NCBI GenBank assembly: GCA_937920245.1
Contig: CALGUV010000149.1
Span: 14,033-78,032, forward strand
From: an uncultured Microbacteriaceae bacterium
GTDB taxonomy: Bacteria; Actinomycetota; Actinomycetes; Actinomycetales; Microbacteriaceae
Length of the DNA stretch: 64,000 nucleotides
Reading direction: 5' to 3'
Below the pieces are notes generated by a model, which was not told the DNA's origin, searched no databases, and worked only from the letters and a program-made list of their open reading frames with translations. The stretch's first letter is position 1. Every line of letters starts with the position of its first letter. A program made the translations under genes and the position numbers. Below, piece after piece: positions 28,799 to 39,651 of the stretch.

Positions 28799-30651
28799 TT
28801 ATTTTTGTGGCGGCGGCCTACTGGATGATCCTCTGGGTTACCGCTTTGCCCGGGTCAGTGTCTCAGATAAAGCTTTCCTATCCAAGAATCGAATTTATCG
28901 AAGGGCTGCGCGCTGTTTTTCTCTTCCGTGCCCAAGGGGTTACTCCTGACGCTAAGGCGCTAGTGGGCGGACTTGCAATTGGCGAAAGAGAGCTTCTTTC
29001 TCTTGAAATGGCACAGAACATGAAAACCCTTTCACTCACTCACCTGGTGGCCGTATCCGGAGCAAATCTGGCAATAATCATGGGAGTCGTCTATTTACTT
29101 ACGGCCGCATTGGGGCTAGCGAGAAACACTCGATTCGTGACTGCTTTTTTGGTGATGTTTGCTTATGTTCTAGTCGTTGGGCCAGAGTCAAGCGTGCTTA
29201 GGGCTGCGACCATGGCGACTTTTGTCGCTATTGGTCTATGGCTTGGGAGAGGCACAAAGCCAATAATTTCATTGGCTTGGGCTGTTATCTTCCTGTTGGC
29301 CATAGATCCAGGCTTAGCGACCGATTTTGGCTTCGCTCTTTCGGCATTGGCTACGGTTGGACTCTTGACCATGGCAGTCCCGATCTACAACTGGCTCTGT
29401 CGATTTATGCCGAAACTCATAGCACTTGGCATTGCAGCAAGTTTTTCGGCTCAACTAGCAACAACCCCGGTTTTACTTATGCTTCAGCCGTCAATACCGG
29501 TTTATTCAGTGCTGGCGAATCTCATAGTCGAGCCAGTGGTGGCTCCGGTTACAGTTCTTGGAATACTTGCTCTAATTCTTGCCTATCCGCTGCCGTTTTT
29601 GAGTTCCGCGGTCAGCTACCTGGCCTCGATTGGGACCTGGTGGATAACACTGGTAGCCAACGAAGTATCAACGTGGCCGGCCGCCAGAGTCCATTTTGTT
29701 GCGGGTCCTGCCGGAATCGTTTTGGCTGCGCTCATTGTGTTGCTTTGCCTTGGGCTGTATCAGCGTCGCCTCGTTAAGTATCGACCCGGTCTCTCGATTT
29801 CACTGGTTGCGGTGCTGCTCCTGTCGGCGTCCTGGTCAACGATTGATCAGATTCGCTATCAGGGCTTTGAGGGTGCTTGGCAGGTTGTCAACTGTGACGT
29901 TGGGCAAGGGGATGCTCTCGTAATCAGAAGCCAGGGTGTCGTTGCTTTAGTTGATGTTGGCAGAGAGTCAGACCCGGTTGACAAGTGTCTCGATAATTTG
30001 AATATTTCGCGGATTGATCTTTTGGTTATTACCCACTTTGATGCGGATCACGCCGGTGGAATCTATGGTGCGCTAGATGGAAGGAGAGTGAAGACGGCCG
30101 TTATTTCAGGATTCGCTGATGATCGACCCTTGGTTTCCTTGGTTGAAACCGCTCTTGCTCAGTCGGAGGTGGAAGTGCTAACTGGCTTTGCTGGAATGGG
30201 TGGAAAACTGGGGGAGTTGAATTGGAAAGTTTTGGCTCCAACGGCGAAGGCCACAGAGGCTAAAGACAGCAATGACGCTTCGGTGATAGTGGCCTTCACG
30301 GGTGAGGACTACGGAGTCCTTGCCCTTGGAGACTTGGGGGCTGCCGGTCAAACACGTTTGATGAGAAATGCCGGAGGAGCCCTGAGTGAACTCGCGAACC
30401 GACCACTGCTACTAAAAGTCGCTCACCATGGCTCCGCCGATCAATCTAGTCAGCTGTTTGACCTTCTTTCTGCCGATGTAGCAATTTTTTCAGTGGGACA
30501 GAATCCCTATGGGCATCCAACCAAAAAAGCCCTTGATCAGGCGGCCGTTAGTGGCTCGATAATCGTGAGAACAGATGAACTTGGGTCTGTCGCTTTTAGG
30601 TTCGAAGGACAAGCATGGAAGATTTCAAGCGCGGGTAAACTAACGGCGTGA
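28795..30651 (+). CDS. comEC: ComEC/Rec2 competence protein (Competence + MBL domains)
   Basis: LTHLVAVSGAN, SVLRAA, CDVGQGDA, THFDADH, LKVAHHGS and NPYGHP. Confidence 0.92.
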   Translation: MIIFVAAAYWMILWVTALPGSVSQIKLSYPRIEFIEGLRAVFLFRAQGVTPDAKALVGGLAIGERELLSLEMAQNMKTLSLTHLVAVSGANLAIIMGVVYLLTAALGLARNTRFVTAFLVMFAYVLVVGPESSVLRAATMATFVAIGLWLGRGTKPIISLAWAVIFLLAIDPGLATDFGFALSALATVGLLTMAVPIYNWLCRFMPKLIALGIAASFSAQLATTPVLLMLQPSIPVYSVLANLIVEPVVAPVTVLGILALILAYPLPFLSSAVSYLASIGTWWITLVANEVSTWPAARVHFVAGPAGIVLAALIVLLCLGLYQRRLVKYRPGLSISLVAVLLLSASWSTIDQIRYQGFEGAWQVVNCDVGQGDALVIRSQGVVALVDVGRESDPVDKCLDNLNISRIDLLVITHFDADHAGGIYGALDGRRVKTAVISGFADDRPLVSLVETALAQSEVEVLTGFAGMGGKLGELNWKVLAPTAKATEAKDSNDASVIVAFTGEDYGVLALGDLGAAGQTRLMRNAGGALSELANRPLLLKVAHHGSADQSSQLFDLLSADVAIFSVGQNPYGHPTKKALDQAAVSGSIIVRTDELGSVAFRFEGQAWKISSAGKLTA

Positions 30652-31610
30652 CTAATGGACGAACGGTTAGCTGGCATCAGGCCGAGCCAGCCAACCTTGT
30701 ACTGATATCCGGCCCCGAGTCATACTTTGCATCTCGCGCGTCCAGGTTGATAAAGGACAAGTTGCGGGCTAGTCACGAAGATTTAGAAGTAAATGAAGTT
30801 GCCGATGGCGAATATTCTCCCGGACTGATTTTTAGCTTGGCCTCGCCGTCGCTTTTTAATGAGCCAAGACTGGTAATCATCGGCAGTGCATCCGAGGGCC
30901 TGGCCGAGGACTTAGAGCAGTTGCTCTTAGAGCCTGCAGAAAACTGCACGATCGTGGTTCGGATTCCTAACCTTGTTGGACACAATGGCAAACTAAAAAA
31001 GCAGCTTTCCGCATCTGCCTTAAATGTTTCTTGCGAAGAGGTAAAAAAAGATGTCGATCGGATCGATTTTATAAAGCGGGAATTTCAGAGACTCGAGACG
31101 CCAATCGACCAGCCTGCCATTAGGGCGCTGGTAGCGGCTTTCGGGTCCGATATGGGGGAACTTGGCGCCGCCTGTGATCAATTGGCCAATTCGGGTGTAC
31201 CCAAAGTCTCACTTGCCGAAGTGGAGCGAACTTTTCAAGGCAGAGTCGAAACAAACGCGTTCAAGATTGCCGATGCTGCTCTAGCTGGCAATGCGAGTGA
31301 AGCTATCAGGCTATTTCGGCACGGCTTCGCCACCGGGATTGACAGCGTTGCCTTGACCGCTGCACTTTCGATGAAGATCAGACAGCTAGCAAGGCTGTTT
31401 AACGACAGAAATGCCCCTGCGGCTGCGACCGGAATGCAACCGTGGCAGCAGGATCGGGCGATAAAGGAGTTGGCGGGCTGGAGTGAACCTCAGCTCATAG
31501 AGCTGGTGCAGCTGGCTGCCCAAACTGATTTCGATGTGAAGGGCGCGAGCCGGGACCCGGAGTACTCCATCGAGAAACTGTTATTGGCGATGGCTAAATC
31601 TGGGCAATAA
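30648..31610 (+). CDS. holA: DNA polymerase III delta subunit
   Basis: Conserved position after comEC; LISGPESYF, AFKIADA and TDFDVKG. Confidence 0.88.
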   Translation: MTNGRTVSWHQAEPANLVLISGPESYFASRASRLIKDKLRASHEDLEVNEVADGEYSPGLIFSLASPSLFNEPRLVIIGSASEGLAEDLEQLLLEPAENCTIVVRIPNLVGHNGKLKKQLSASALNVSCEEVKKDVDRIDFIKREFQRLETPIDQPAIRALVAAFGSDMGELGAACDQLANSGVPKVSLAEVERTFQGRVETNAFKIADAALAGNASEAIRLFRHGFATGIDSVALTAALSMKIRQLARLFNDRNAPAAATGMQPWQQDRAIKELAGWSEPQLIELVQLAAQTDFDVKGASRDPEYSIEKLLLAMAKSGQ

Positions 31611-31638
31611 AAAACCGGGCCTTGAGCCCGGTTTTTTT
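31609..31638. terminator. Bidirectional intrinsic terminator between holA and rpsT
   Basis: AAAAAA-CCGGGC-cttga-GCCCGG-TTTTTTT. Confidence 0.92.
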
Positions 31639-31647
31639 AGAAGCTTT

Positions 31648-31908
31648 TTAGAGGCTATTTACCTTCTTGGCAATAGCTGACTTACGGTTAGCCGCCTGGT
31701 TCTTGTGGATGACGCCCTTGCTTACAGCCTTGTCGATCTTCTTGTTGGCTCCGACTAGTGCGGCAGCGGCAGCAGCCTTATCACCGGCTGAGCTAGCATC
31801 GCGCACCGCGCGGATTGCAGACTTGACTTCGGTCTTCACTGCCTTGTTGCGGTCCTCGGACTTCTGGTTAGTTCCGATGCGCTTGATCTTGGACTTGATG
31901 TTTGCCAT
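31648..31908 (-). CDS. rpsT: 30S ribosomal protein S20
   Basis: [10 protein letters not shown] and [14 protein letters not shown]. Confidence 0.98.
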   Translation of the reverse strand: MANIKSKIKRIGTNQKSEDRNKAVKTEVKSAIRAVRDASSAGDKAAAAAALVGANKKIDKAVSKGVIHKNQAANRKSAIAKKVNSL

Positions 31909-32007
31909 GTTCTACTTTCTCTGGCCAAAAAATTTTGCGGAGTAAATCTCCGCGAACAAGGCAAAACTCTACCAGTTTGGCTCCTGTCGAGCAAGCATCA
32001 TGGGAGA

Positions 32008-33900
32008 ATGGCCAAGTTACATTCATCCATAAATGAGGTTTACTTGTCTCCACGCGCACGGTCTGCTCTCGAGCCGTCTTTAACCGACCAGGATCAAATA
32101 CGCAATTTCTGCATAATTGCGCACATTGATCACGGTAAATCGACGCTGGCAGATCGGATGCTTCAGCTGACTGGAATAGTTGAGGACCGTCAAATGCGGG
32201 CTCAGTATTTGGATCGAATGGACATTGAGCGAGAGCGCGGAATTACGATCAAGTCCCAAGCAGTTCGGCTGCCCTGGGAGTTAGACAATAAAACCTTCGC
32301 TCTAAACATGATTGACACTCCTGGCCACGTCGATTTCACCTATGAAGTTTCTAGGTCCTTGGCTGCCTGCGAGGGAGCGGTGTTGCTCGTGGACGCAGCT
32401 CAGGGGATTGAAGCGCAAACATTGGCGAATCTTTATCTAGCTATGGAAAATGACCTGGAAATCATTCCGGTTCTAAATAAAATCGATCTTCCAGCAGCCC
32501 AAACCGAGAAGTACGCGGAGGAGCTTGCCAATTTGATTGGTGGATCCCCGGATGATTGCTTGAGGGTCTCGGGTAAAACTGGTGTTGGAGTAGAAGAGCT
32601 TCTTGACCGTATCGTGCAGCGAGTGCCTGCGCCAACAGGTGACATCAATGCCCCTGCTCGAGCAATGATTTTTGACTCTGTTTATGACAGCTACCGCGGC
32701 GTGGTTACCTACGTCAGGATGATTGATGGGCGGCTGTCCTCTCGGGAACAGATTCAGATGATGTCAACCAGGGCAGTGCACGAGCTGTTAGAAATCGGCG
32801 TGATTAGCCCAGAACCGGTTGTCACCAAAGGCTTAGCAGCTGGCGAGGTGGGCTATCTGATCACTGGCGTAAAGGATGTCAGGCTTTCTAAGGTCGGAGA
32901 CACTGTCACCACTAAGGACAAACCTGCGAAACTTTCACTGAAGGGCTACGCAGAGCCAAAGCCAATGGTTTTTTCTGGTATTTATCCAATAGATGGAAGC
33001 GACTACCCGAACCTTCGGGAGGCACTGGACAAGCTTCGTCTCTCCGATGCCTCACTGGTCTATGAGCCCGAAACATCGGCGGCCCTTGGCTTTGGCTTTC
33101 GCTGTGGCTTTTTAGGGTTGTTGCACCTTGAGATAATCACCGAGCGTCTAGAGCGAGAATTCAATCTGTCTCTAATTGCAACGGCCCCATCGGTGGTTTA
33201 TCAAGTCACTCGCGAGGACAACACCGAGTTCATAGTCACTAACCCATCTGAGTTTCCTGAGGGAAAAATAAAGGTAGTAAAAGAGCCAATCGTAAAGGCC
33301 ACAATATTGAGCCCAAAGGACTACGTGGGCACAATTATGGATCTGTGTCAAACCCGCCGTGGAACGATGATTGACATGCAATACCTGGGTGAAGATCGAG
33401 TTCAACTGCGCTACCAGCTCCCGCTCGCTGAGATCGTTTTTGACTTTTTTGACCAGCTAAAAAGTAAGACCCAAGGTTATGGGTCGCTGGACTATGAAGA
33501 AGCCGGTTATCTCCCGGGCGACTTAGTAAAAGTAGATTTGCTTCTTCAGGGTGAGAAGGTTGATGCGTTTAGCTCGATTGTTCATAAGGACAAGGCTTAT
33601 GGTCACGGCACAAAAATAACTTCGAAGCTCCGTGAGCTAATACCAAGGCAGCAGTTCGAGGTTCCAATCCAAGCTGCTGTCGGTTCCAGAATTATTGCTC
33701 GCGAGAGCGTTCGCGCTGTCCGGAAAGACGTGCTGGCTAAATGCTATGGCGGTGACATAAGCCGAAAGCGGAAGCTTCTTGAAAAGCAAAAAGAAGGCAA
33801 GAAGCGAATGAAGATGGTGGGCCGAGTAGAAGTTCCTCAGGACGCATTTATAAAAGCGCTGTCCTCTGACGAAACTTCAGGCACGGAAAAGAAAAAGTAG
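32008..33900 (+). CDS. lepA: Translation elongation factor 4 (LepA)
   Basis: [30 protein letters not shown] and [13 protein letters not shown]. Start could instead be TTG 32044. Confidence 0.97.
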   Translation: MAKLHSSINEVYLSPRARSALEPSLTDQDQIRNFCIIAHIDHGKSTLADRMLQLTGIVEDRQMRAQYLDRMDIERERGITIKSQAVRLPWELDNKTFALNMIDTPGHVDFTYEVSRSLAACEGAVLLVDAAQGIEAQTLANLYLAMENDLEIIPVLNKIDLPAAQTEKYAEELANLIGGSPDDCLRVSGKTGVGVEELLDRIVQRVPAPTGDINAPARAMIFDSVYDSYRGVVTYVRMIDGRLSSREQIQMMSTRAVHELLEIGVISPEPVVTKGLAAGEVGYLITGVKDVRLSKVGDTVTTKDKPAKLSLKGYAEPKPMVFSGIYPIDGSDYPNLREALDKLRLSDASLVYEPETSAALGFGFRCGFLGLLHLEIITERLEREFNLSLIATAPSVVYQVTREDNTEFIVTNPSEFPEGKIKVVKEPIVKATILSPKDYVGTIMDLCQTRRGTMIDMQYLGEDRVQLRYQLPLAEIVFDFFDQLKSKTQGYGSLDYEEAGYLPGDLVKVDLLLQGEKVDAFSSIVHKDKAYGHGTKITSKLRELIPRQQFEVPIQAAVGSRIIARESVRAVRKDVLAKCYGGDISRKRKLLEKQKEGKKRMKMVGRVEVPQDAFIKALSSDETSGTEKKK

Positions 33901-35099
33901 TGTCGGCTAGTTTGCCGCTTGGGCTGCCGTGGCCAGAGTCGAATCTCATACCTCCTAGATTCGATGACCTAAAAACCTTTCACGCTTATGTTCATATTCC
34001 GTTTTGCGAATTCAGATGCGGATATTGCGATTTTAATACCTACACCGCAAAGGAAATCGGGGGGCTGTCCCAGTCAAGTTTTCACGAGTCACTAATTACC
34101 GAAATAGACGCCAGTGCGAAGATTCTTGAAAACTCGGGCTATCAGAAGCGAAGTCTTTCCACATTATTTTTTGGTGGCGGGACACCGTCGCTTTTTACCA
34201 GTAATCAAATCGAGCAAATCATGACCAGCTTGAAAGGCCATTATGGGTTTTTACCGGATATCGAAATAACTCTTGAAGCCAATCCTGAATCTGCAAGTCC
34301 TAAGTATTTAGAGCAACTTGCGGCCGTAGGCGTCAACAGAATAAGTCTCGGGGTCCAGAGTTTCGACCCGAAAGTTTTAGCCACGCTAGAGCGAGTTCAT
34401 GATCCCGACAAAGTCGGACCAATTTTGAAGGCTGCAGCCGAGCTTGGGTTAGAAAGCAGCCTCGATTTGATTTATGGCGCTCCGAACGAGTCTCTTGATT
34501 CTTGGAGAAAGACCGTTGAAATCGCCGCCTCAATGGGCACTGGACACGTCTCTGCCTATTCCTTGATTGTTGAGCCGGGAACAAAGCTTGCCAGGCAAAT
34601 CAAGGTTGGTGAATTGCCGGAAACAGACGATGACTTAGACGCGGAGAAGTTTGAAATTGCGGACCAAGTTTTCCAGGCCAACGGTCTTCCTTGGTATGAA
34701 GTCGCTAATTGGGGCAAACCTTCGAAGCATAACCACGCTTATTGGGGCAGCGCTGATTGGTGGGGTTTTGGCCCGGGGGCTCATTCGCACTTAAGTGGGA
34801 ATCGGTTTTGGAATACTAAACATCCCTTGAGTTATCAAAAACAACTTGCGAACGGCTCGCCTGTTGCAGGAATCGAATACATTGATGCGCGAACCAACCT
34901 CGAGGAGCGCTTGATGTTGGAGCTTCGAACCAGCACTGGCATTCCTCTAAAAGTATTGGCCGAACTCGGCATCATAAAAAGCACGATTGACCCCTTTGTT
35001 CTGGATGGAAGCTTGAAGATTGAGAACGAAAATCTGGCTGTCACCGCTGCCGGCAGGCTTTTTGTTGATCGCATAGTTCTTCAGCTGCTGACGAACTAG
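33900..35099 (+). CDS. hemW: Radical SAM heme chaperone HemW
   Basis: YVHIPFCEFRCGYCDF, FFGGGTPS, TLEANP and RISLGVQSF. Confidence 0.93.
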   Translation: MSASLPLGLPWPESNLIPPRFDDLKTFHAYVHIPFCEFRCGYCDFNTYTAKEIGGLSQSSFHESLITEIDASAKILENSGYQKRSLSTLFFGGGTPSLFTSNQIEQIMTSLKGHYGFLPDIEITLEANPESASPKYLEQLAAVGVNRISLGVQSFDPKVLATLERVHDPDKVGPILKAAAELGLESSLDLIYGAPNESLDSWRKTVEIAASMGTGHVSAYSLIVEPGTKLARQIKVGELPETDDDLDAEKFEIADQVFQANGLPWYEVANWGKPSKHNHAYWGSADWWGFGPGAHSHLSGNRFWNTKHPLSYQKQLANGSPVAGIEYIDARTNLEERLMLELRTSTGIPLKVLAELGIIKSTIDPFVLDGSLKIENENLAVTAAGRLFVDRIVLQLLTN

Positions 35100-35115
35100 C
35101 ACTTATTGAATAGAC

Positions 35116-35142
35116 TTGGCACTCATGATAGGTCAGTGCTAA
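35116..35142 (+). promoter_or_regulatory. CIRCE (HrcA operator), overlapping a TAGACT -10 candidate (35111-35116) and the hrcA start
   Basis: TTGGCACTC-N9-CAGTGCTAA versus the consensus TTAGCACTC-N9-GAGTGCTAA (one mismatch per arm). Confidence 0.88.
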
Positions 35143-36167
35143 TGATTCCCAACAGATCCCTAGAAGTCTTGCGGGCAATTGTTGAGGATTACATAGCCTC
35201 GAACCAGCCTGTTGGTTCCAAGTCTCTTCTTGATAGGCATCCCCTGGGAGTCTCGGCCGCAACAATTCGCAATGACATGGCCCTCTTAGAAGAAGAAGAC
35301 CTGATTACTGCGCCACATACCTCAAGCGGCAGAATTCCAACCGAAAAGGGCTATCGACTTTTCGTGGACAAGCTCGGAGAGATTAAGCCACTTTCGCACT
35401 CAGAGCGCAGCGCGATTGAGACTTTCTTGGACGGTGCGACTGACCTGGACGAGATTGTGGAAAAAACTGCGAGATCACTGTCCGCGCTGACCAACACTTT
35501 GGCGCTTGTTCAATATCCAACGCTTGGCAATGCCAAGGTGCGCCACGTTGAACTCATACCCATTGCCGAGCTAAGGCTTGTTGTGATGCTCATTTCTGAA
35601 AAAGGAAGAGTTCAGCAGGTTCAGGTGGAGCTGAGTGCTCCGGCCGAAATTGATCTTGTTACCGAGTTGCGCGGACGACTAAACGGGATGCTGGTCGGTG
35701 CAAACTTCACTGATGTAAAAGTAATTTTGGATAAGCTCCCAGCCGAATTTGCTCCCAGCCGAAGAGATTTTGTCGGCAGGGTTGTGTCTCAGCTTCAGTC
35801 TTTGGTCGATGCCAATAGGGAAGAGCGCTTAGTTCTGTCGGGCACCGCGAATCTAGCGAAGCACGATGAGGATTTTGGTGGCGAGCTTTCAAGTGTCCTT
35901 GAGGCGATTGAGGAGCAAGTGGTAATGCTTCGTTTGATGCAAGAAATGCAAACCGATCAATATGGGGTGGGCCTGAAGATTGGTTCTGAACTTGGGGTTG
36001 CTGGGGTACAGCATGCAACCATGATGGCCATCGGTTATGAAAACTCGGGAACCGAACTGGCTAAAATTGGCGTCCTCGGTCCAACAAGAATGAACTATTC
36101 CGGGAACATAGCGTCGGTTAGAGCCGTTGCAAAATATCTAAGCAATGTACTGGAGGCAAATTCTTGA
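35142..36167 (+). CDS. hrcA: Heat-inducible transcription repressor HrcA
   Basis: [31 protein letters not shown] and GPTRMNY. Start placed at ATG 35142. Confidence 0.96.
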   Translation: MIPNRSLEVLRAIVEDYIASNQPVGSKSLLDRHPLGVSAATIRNDMALLEEEDLITAPHTSSGRIPTEKGYRLFVDKLGEIKPLSHSERSAIETFLDGATDLDEIVEKTARSLSALTNTLALVQYPTLGNAKVRHVELIPIAELRLVVMLISEKGRVQQVQVELSAPAEIDLVTELRGRLNGMLVGANFTDVKVILDKLPAEFAPSRRDFVGRVVSQLQSLVDANREERLVLSGTANLAKHDEDFGGELSSVLEAIEEQVVMLRLMQEMQTDQYGVGLKIGSELGVAGVQHATMMAIGYENSGTELAKIGVLGPTRMNYSGNIASVRAVAKYLSNVLEANS

Positions 36168-37216
36168 GCGATCACTATGAAGTTCTCGGAGTCGCGAGAG
36201 ATGCGACCGAGGATCAAATCAAGAAGGCTTATCGCAAACTGGCAAGAGAGCTTCACCCCGATATCAATCCGGCTAAGGACGCTCAAGAGCGCTTCAAGCT
36301 TGTCACGCACGCTTACGAGGTTCTCAGTGACAGCAGCACTAGAGCAAGCTACGACGGAGGCGGTAACGAGGGATTTGGCATCGGAGACATTTTCGACAGC
36401 TTCTTCGGTGGCGGAGGCCAACGTGGACCGCAGTCCCGGTCTCAAAGGGGTCAAGATGCCCTGCTGAGGGTGGACTTGGATTTGAAAGAGGCAGTTTTCG
36501 GGGCCAATAAAGTCCTGACCATAGACACCGCGGTTCTCTGTGAGGAGTGCAAGGGCAGCTGCTGTCGCCCAGGAACAAGTGCTCAAACCTGCGACATCTG
36601 CAGAGGGTCAGGCCAGATTCAGCGTCAGGTGCAGTCATTTATGGGGGCCATGGTCACCACTGCACCATGCGGAACTTGCCGGGGAACCGGTCAAGTGATT
36701 CCAGATCCTTGCGTTGAATGTCGAGCCCAAGGCAGAGTCAGAGCCTCAAGAGATCTAGATCTTAATATCCCAGCTGGAGTGTCCGACGGCTTGCGTTTGC
36801 ACCTACCAGGCCAGGGTGAAGTGGGTTTCGGAGGCGGACCCAGCGGTGACATTTACCTTGAGGTTTCGGTTCGCGCCGACCCGATTTTTGGCCGCGATGG
36901 GGACAATTTGGTTGCTGTGCTGGAGGTTCCAATCGCGGATGCAGCCCTTGGTTTCGAAACCGAAATCGAAACACTGGATGGCCCTTCACTTGTTACGGTG
37001 AAGGCAGGTGCTCAGCACGGGGATGTAATAACCCTCAAGGGTCTTGGGTCGAATAAGCTGCGCGGTCGTGGACGCGGAGACCTTTTGCTGCAACTGAAGA
37101 TCTTGACCCCAAACCGGATAGACGGAAAACAAAAGGATCTTTTCAAAAAACTCAAGGCGCTTCACAAGGATGACTCGCCGAGACTTGGCAGTCGCCGTGC
37201 TAGAGGCAGGTTCTAG
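36164..37216 (+). CDS. dnaJ: Chaperone DnaJ (DnaJ2 type)
   Basis: J domain with HPD and four CxxCxGxG-type repeats. Confidence 0.96.
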   Translation: MSDHYEVLGVARDATEDQIKKAYRKLARELHPDINPAKDAQERFKLVTHAYEVLSDSSTRASYDGGGNEGFGIGDIFDSFFGGGGQRGPQSRSQRGQDALLRVDLDLKEAVFGANKVLTIDTAVLCEECKGSCCRPGTSAQTCDICRGSGQIQRQVQSFMGAMVTTAPCGTCRGTGQVIPDPCVECRAQGRVRASRDLDLNIPAGVSDGLRLHLPGQGEVGFGGGPSGDIYLEVSVRADPIFGRDGDNLVAVLEVPIADAALGFETEIETLDGPSLVTVKAGAQHGDVITLKGLGSNKLRGRGRGDLLLQLKILTPNRIDGKQKDLFKKLKALHKDDSPRLGSRRARGRF

Positions 37217-37908
37217 TGCATTGGTTTTATGACCCAAGCATTACCGATTCTTCATCGGTTATCACAGCTACCGAGCTTGAACATTTCAAGAGTCTTCGGA
37301 TCAGAGATGGGGAAGAGATCTCCATAACCAATGGTGTCGGTGGAGTACTGACCGCCACAGTTTCAAATGCCGCTACAGGACAGCTTGAACCAAAATCATT
37401 CCGAGCAATAACTAGGTCAGCGCCTGAGATACACCTTGTGCAATCACTTGCTAAAGGCGGCAGAGACGAGGCTGCTCTCCAGGCCGCTGTTGAATTGGGC
37501 GTCTCGAGCATAACTCCACTGCAAGCCTCACGATCAGTGGTCGAGTGGGGAGCTAAGGCGTCAAGAAATCAGGAGCGCTGGAACCAAATCGCTATTTCCG
37601 CAATGAAGCAATCTCAGCAGGCGTTTGGGGCGGCTATCAACGACCTTTCTACTCTCAAGCAGTTGATACCTGTCGGTACCGGTCTTGTTCTCGATCCCCA
37701 GGCGTCGACAAGCATCGTTGGACTGCAGCTGGAGAATGAAGTGACGATTGTGGTAGGACCGGAGGGCGGCTTTGCACAGCATGAAATTGACAGTCTTGCG
37801 TCTCAAGGGTTTGTGGGCGTCCGGCTTGGCGCATCTATTCTTCGAACTTCAAGCGCCGGGCCTGCAGCTATCGCAGCGCTAATGGCCCTGTCGGGGCAAT
37901 GGAGCTAG
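37216..37908 (+). CDS. rsmE: 16S rRNA m3U1498 methyltransferase
   Basis: AVELGV, VGPEGGF and LGASILRTSSAG. Confidence 0.93.
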   Translation: MHWFYDPSITDSSSVITATELEHFKSLRIRDGEEISITNGVGGVLTATVSNAATGQLEPKSFRAITRSAPEIHLVQSLAKGGRDEAALQAAVELGVSSITPLQASRSVVEWGAKASRNQERWNQIAISAMKQSQQAFGAAINDLSTLKQLIPVGTGLVLDPQASTSIVGLQLENEVTIVVGPEGGFAQHEIDSLASQGFVGVRLGASILRTSSAGPAAIAALMALSGQWS

Positions 37909-37934
37909 TGGCTAAAATGATGAAGGAGGAGAAC

Positions 37935-38249
37935 ATGGACTGCATTTTTTGCAAGATAGTCGCTGGCGAGGTTCCGACCGAGCTGATCGCTGAAAACGAC
38001 CACGCCATAGCCTTCCTAGATCTCTACCCGCAGGCTCCGGTCCACATTTTGGTGGTTCCAAAAATTCACAGTGAAAATATTCTTCTGCTTGATAATTCTT
38101 CTAATCTTCAAGGTCTTTTTGAGTTGATTCGAAAAGTTGCAGCGACTAAAACTGACGGCCAGTTCAAGCTTCAGTTCAATTCTGGCAAGCGTGAGGGGCA
38201 ATCGGTCTTTCACACTCACGCGCACATACTCAGTCAGCAGTCCAGCTAG
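37935..38249 (+). CDS. HIT family nucleotide hydrolase
   Basis: DCIFCKI and HTHAHIL; AAGGAGG SD before ATG 37935. Confidence 0.93.
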   Translation: MDCIFCKIVAGEVPTELIAENDHAIAFLDLYPQAPVHILVVPKIHSENILLLDNSSNLQGLFELIRKVAATKTDGQFKLQFNSGKREGQSVFHTHAHILSQQSS

Positions 38250-39196
38250 TGGCTAAAGCAAACTTTGAAATAACCGGAGTAGCACTCCTTGATCTCTTGG
38301 GCGAGCAAGACAAGAATCTGAAGCGAATTGAGGCTGAGCTGCCGGGCTTAGTCATTCAGAATCGGGGGAATGTTTTTAATCTCACGGGTGATCAGGCTCA
38401 GTTGGATCTAGCTTCTGAGGTGTTCGAGCAGCTTGCAGAGATGATAAAGCAGGGCCTTAGCCCAGATCCTCAAGGTGTTTCAGAGACGATACGAATTATT
38501 CAGGACAATAAAGAGCAGCCAGCTGCAAAGATACTTGCGTCAAGCACGATAAACACGCCTGCCAAGACGGTAAGGGCTAAGACGGCGGGCCAAAAAGAGT
38601 ACCTAGATGCCATTGACCAGAACACCATCACCTTTGGGATTGGACCTGCGGGCACTGGAAAAACCTACTTGGCGGTAGCAAAGGCCGTGGAGGCACTTTA
38701 TCGAAAAGAAGTCAGCCGGATAATCCTTACCCGGCCAGCCGTTGAGGCTGGAGAGAGGCTTGGTTTTTTGCCTGGGACACTCAGTGAAAAAATCGATCCC
38801 TATCTAAGACCGCTATTTGATTCACTTCAGGAGATGCTGGAGCCAGATGTGACAGCAAAGCTTATGGAAGCCGGGGTTATTGAGGTTGCGCCTCTTGCCT
38901 ACATGCGGGGCAGGACCCTAAATGACAGCTTCATCATTCTTGATGAGGCGCAAAATACCACCGGTGAACAAATGAAGATGTTTCTGACAAGACTGGGGTT
39001 CAATTCCAAGATGGTTGTAACCGGTGACGTTACTCAGATTGATCTTCCCGGCGGGAAGTCTGGACTTGGGATTGCTCAGACGGTGCTGGCTGATGTTGAA
39101 GGACTCAACGTTCAAAAGCTAACAAGCAGAGATGTAGTTAGACATGAACTGGTCACAAGAATCGTCGAGGCTTATGACAGAGCGGCAATCAAATGA
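38249..39196 (+). CDS. PhoH family ATPase
   Basis: GPAGTGKTYLA, RPAVEAGERLGFLPG and LDEAQN. Confidence 0.95.
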   Translation: MAKANFEITGVALLDLLGEQDKNLKRIEAELPGLVIQNRGNVFNLTGDQAQLDLASEVFEQLAEMIKQGLSPDPQGVSETIRIIQDNKEQPAAKILASSTINTPAKTVRAKTAGQKEYLDAIDQNTITFGIGPAGTGKTYLAVAKAVEALYRKEVSRIILTRPAVEAGERLGFLPGTLSEKIDPYLRPLFDSLQEMLEPDVTAKLMEAGVIEVAPLAYMRGRTLNDSFIILDEAQNTTGEQMKMFLTRLGFNSKMVVTGDVTQIDLPGGKSGLGIAQTVLADVEGLNVQKLTSRDVVRHELVTRIVEAYDRAAIK

Positions 39197-39651
39197 GTGT
39201 TGAGATAGCAAATGAATCAGAAATCACTGTGGATACTGAACGAGTGCTCGAGCTGGCATATTTTGTTCGTGGAGCTCTGAAACTTCACGAATTAGTGGAC
39301 CTTGGGATTACGTTTGTTGACGAGGGGCCGATGACTGACCTGCACATCAAGTGGATGGATGAACCGGGTCCAACCGATGTCTTGAGTTTTCCGATGGACG
39401 AATTACGTCCGGGTACCGACCGGAACAGCTCACCCGAAGGGATTTTGGGTGACATAGTTGTCTGCCCGCAGGTTGCAATAAAGCAAGCTGTAACGGCTGG
39501 TCACGAAACAATCAATGAAATCCTGCTACTGGTAACCCACGGCATGCTTCATCTGGTTGGCTTTGATCACGCTGAAACGGACGAAGAAAAAGAAATGTTT
39601 GATCTTCAAAAAAGCTTGTTGGCTGATTTCTACAAATCGGAAACCTCTTGA
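39193..39651 (+). CDS. ybeY: rRNA maturation endoribonuclease YbeY
   Basis: PTDVLSFP, LGDIV and HGMLHLVGFDH. Confidence 0.96.
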   Translation: MSVEIANESEITVDTERVLELAYFVRGALKLHELVDLGITFVDEGPMTDLHIKWMDEPGPTDVLSFPMDELRPGTDRNSSPEGILGDIVVCPQVAIKQAVTAGHETINEILLLVTHGMLHLVGFDHAETDEEKEMFDLQKSLLADFYKSETS

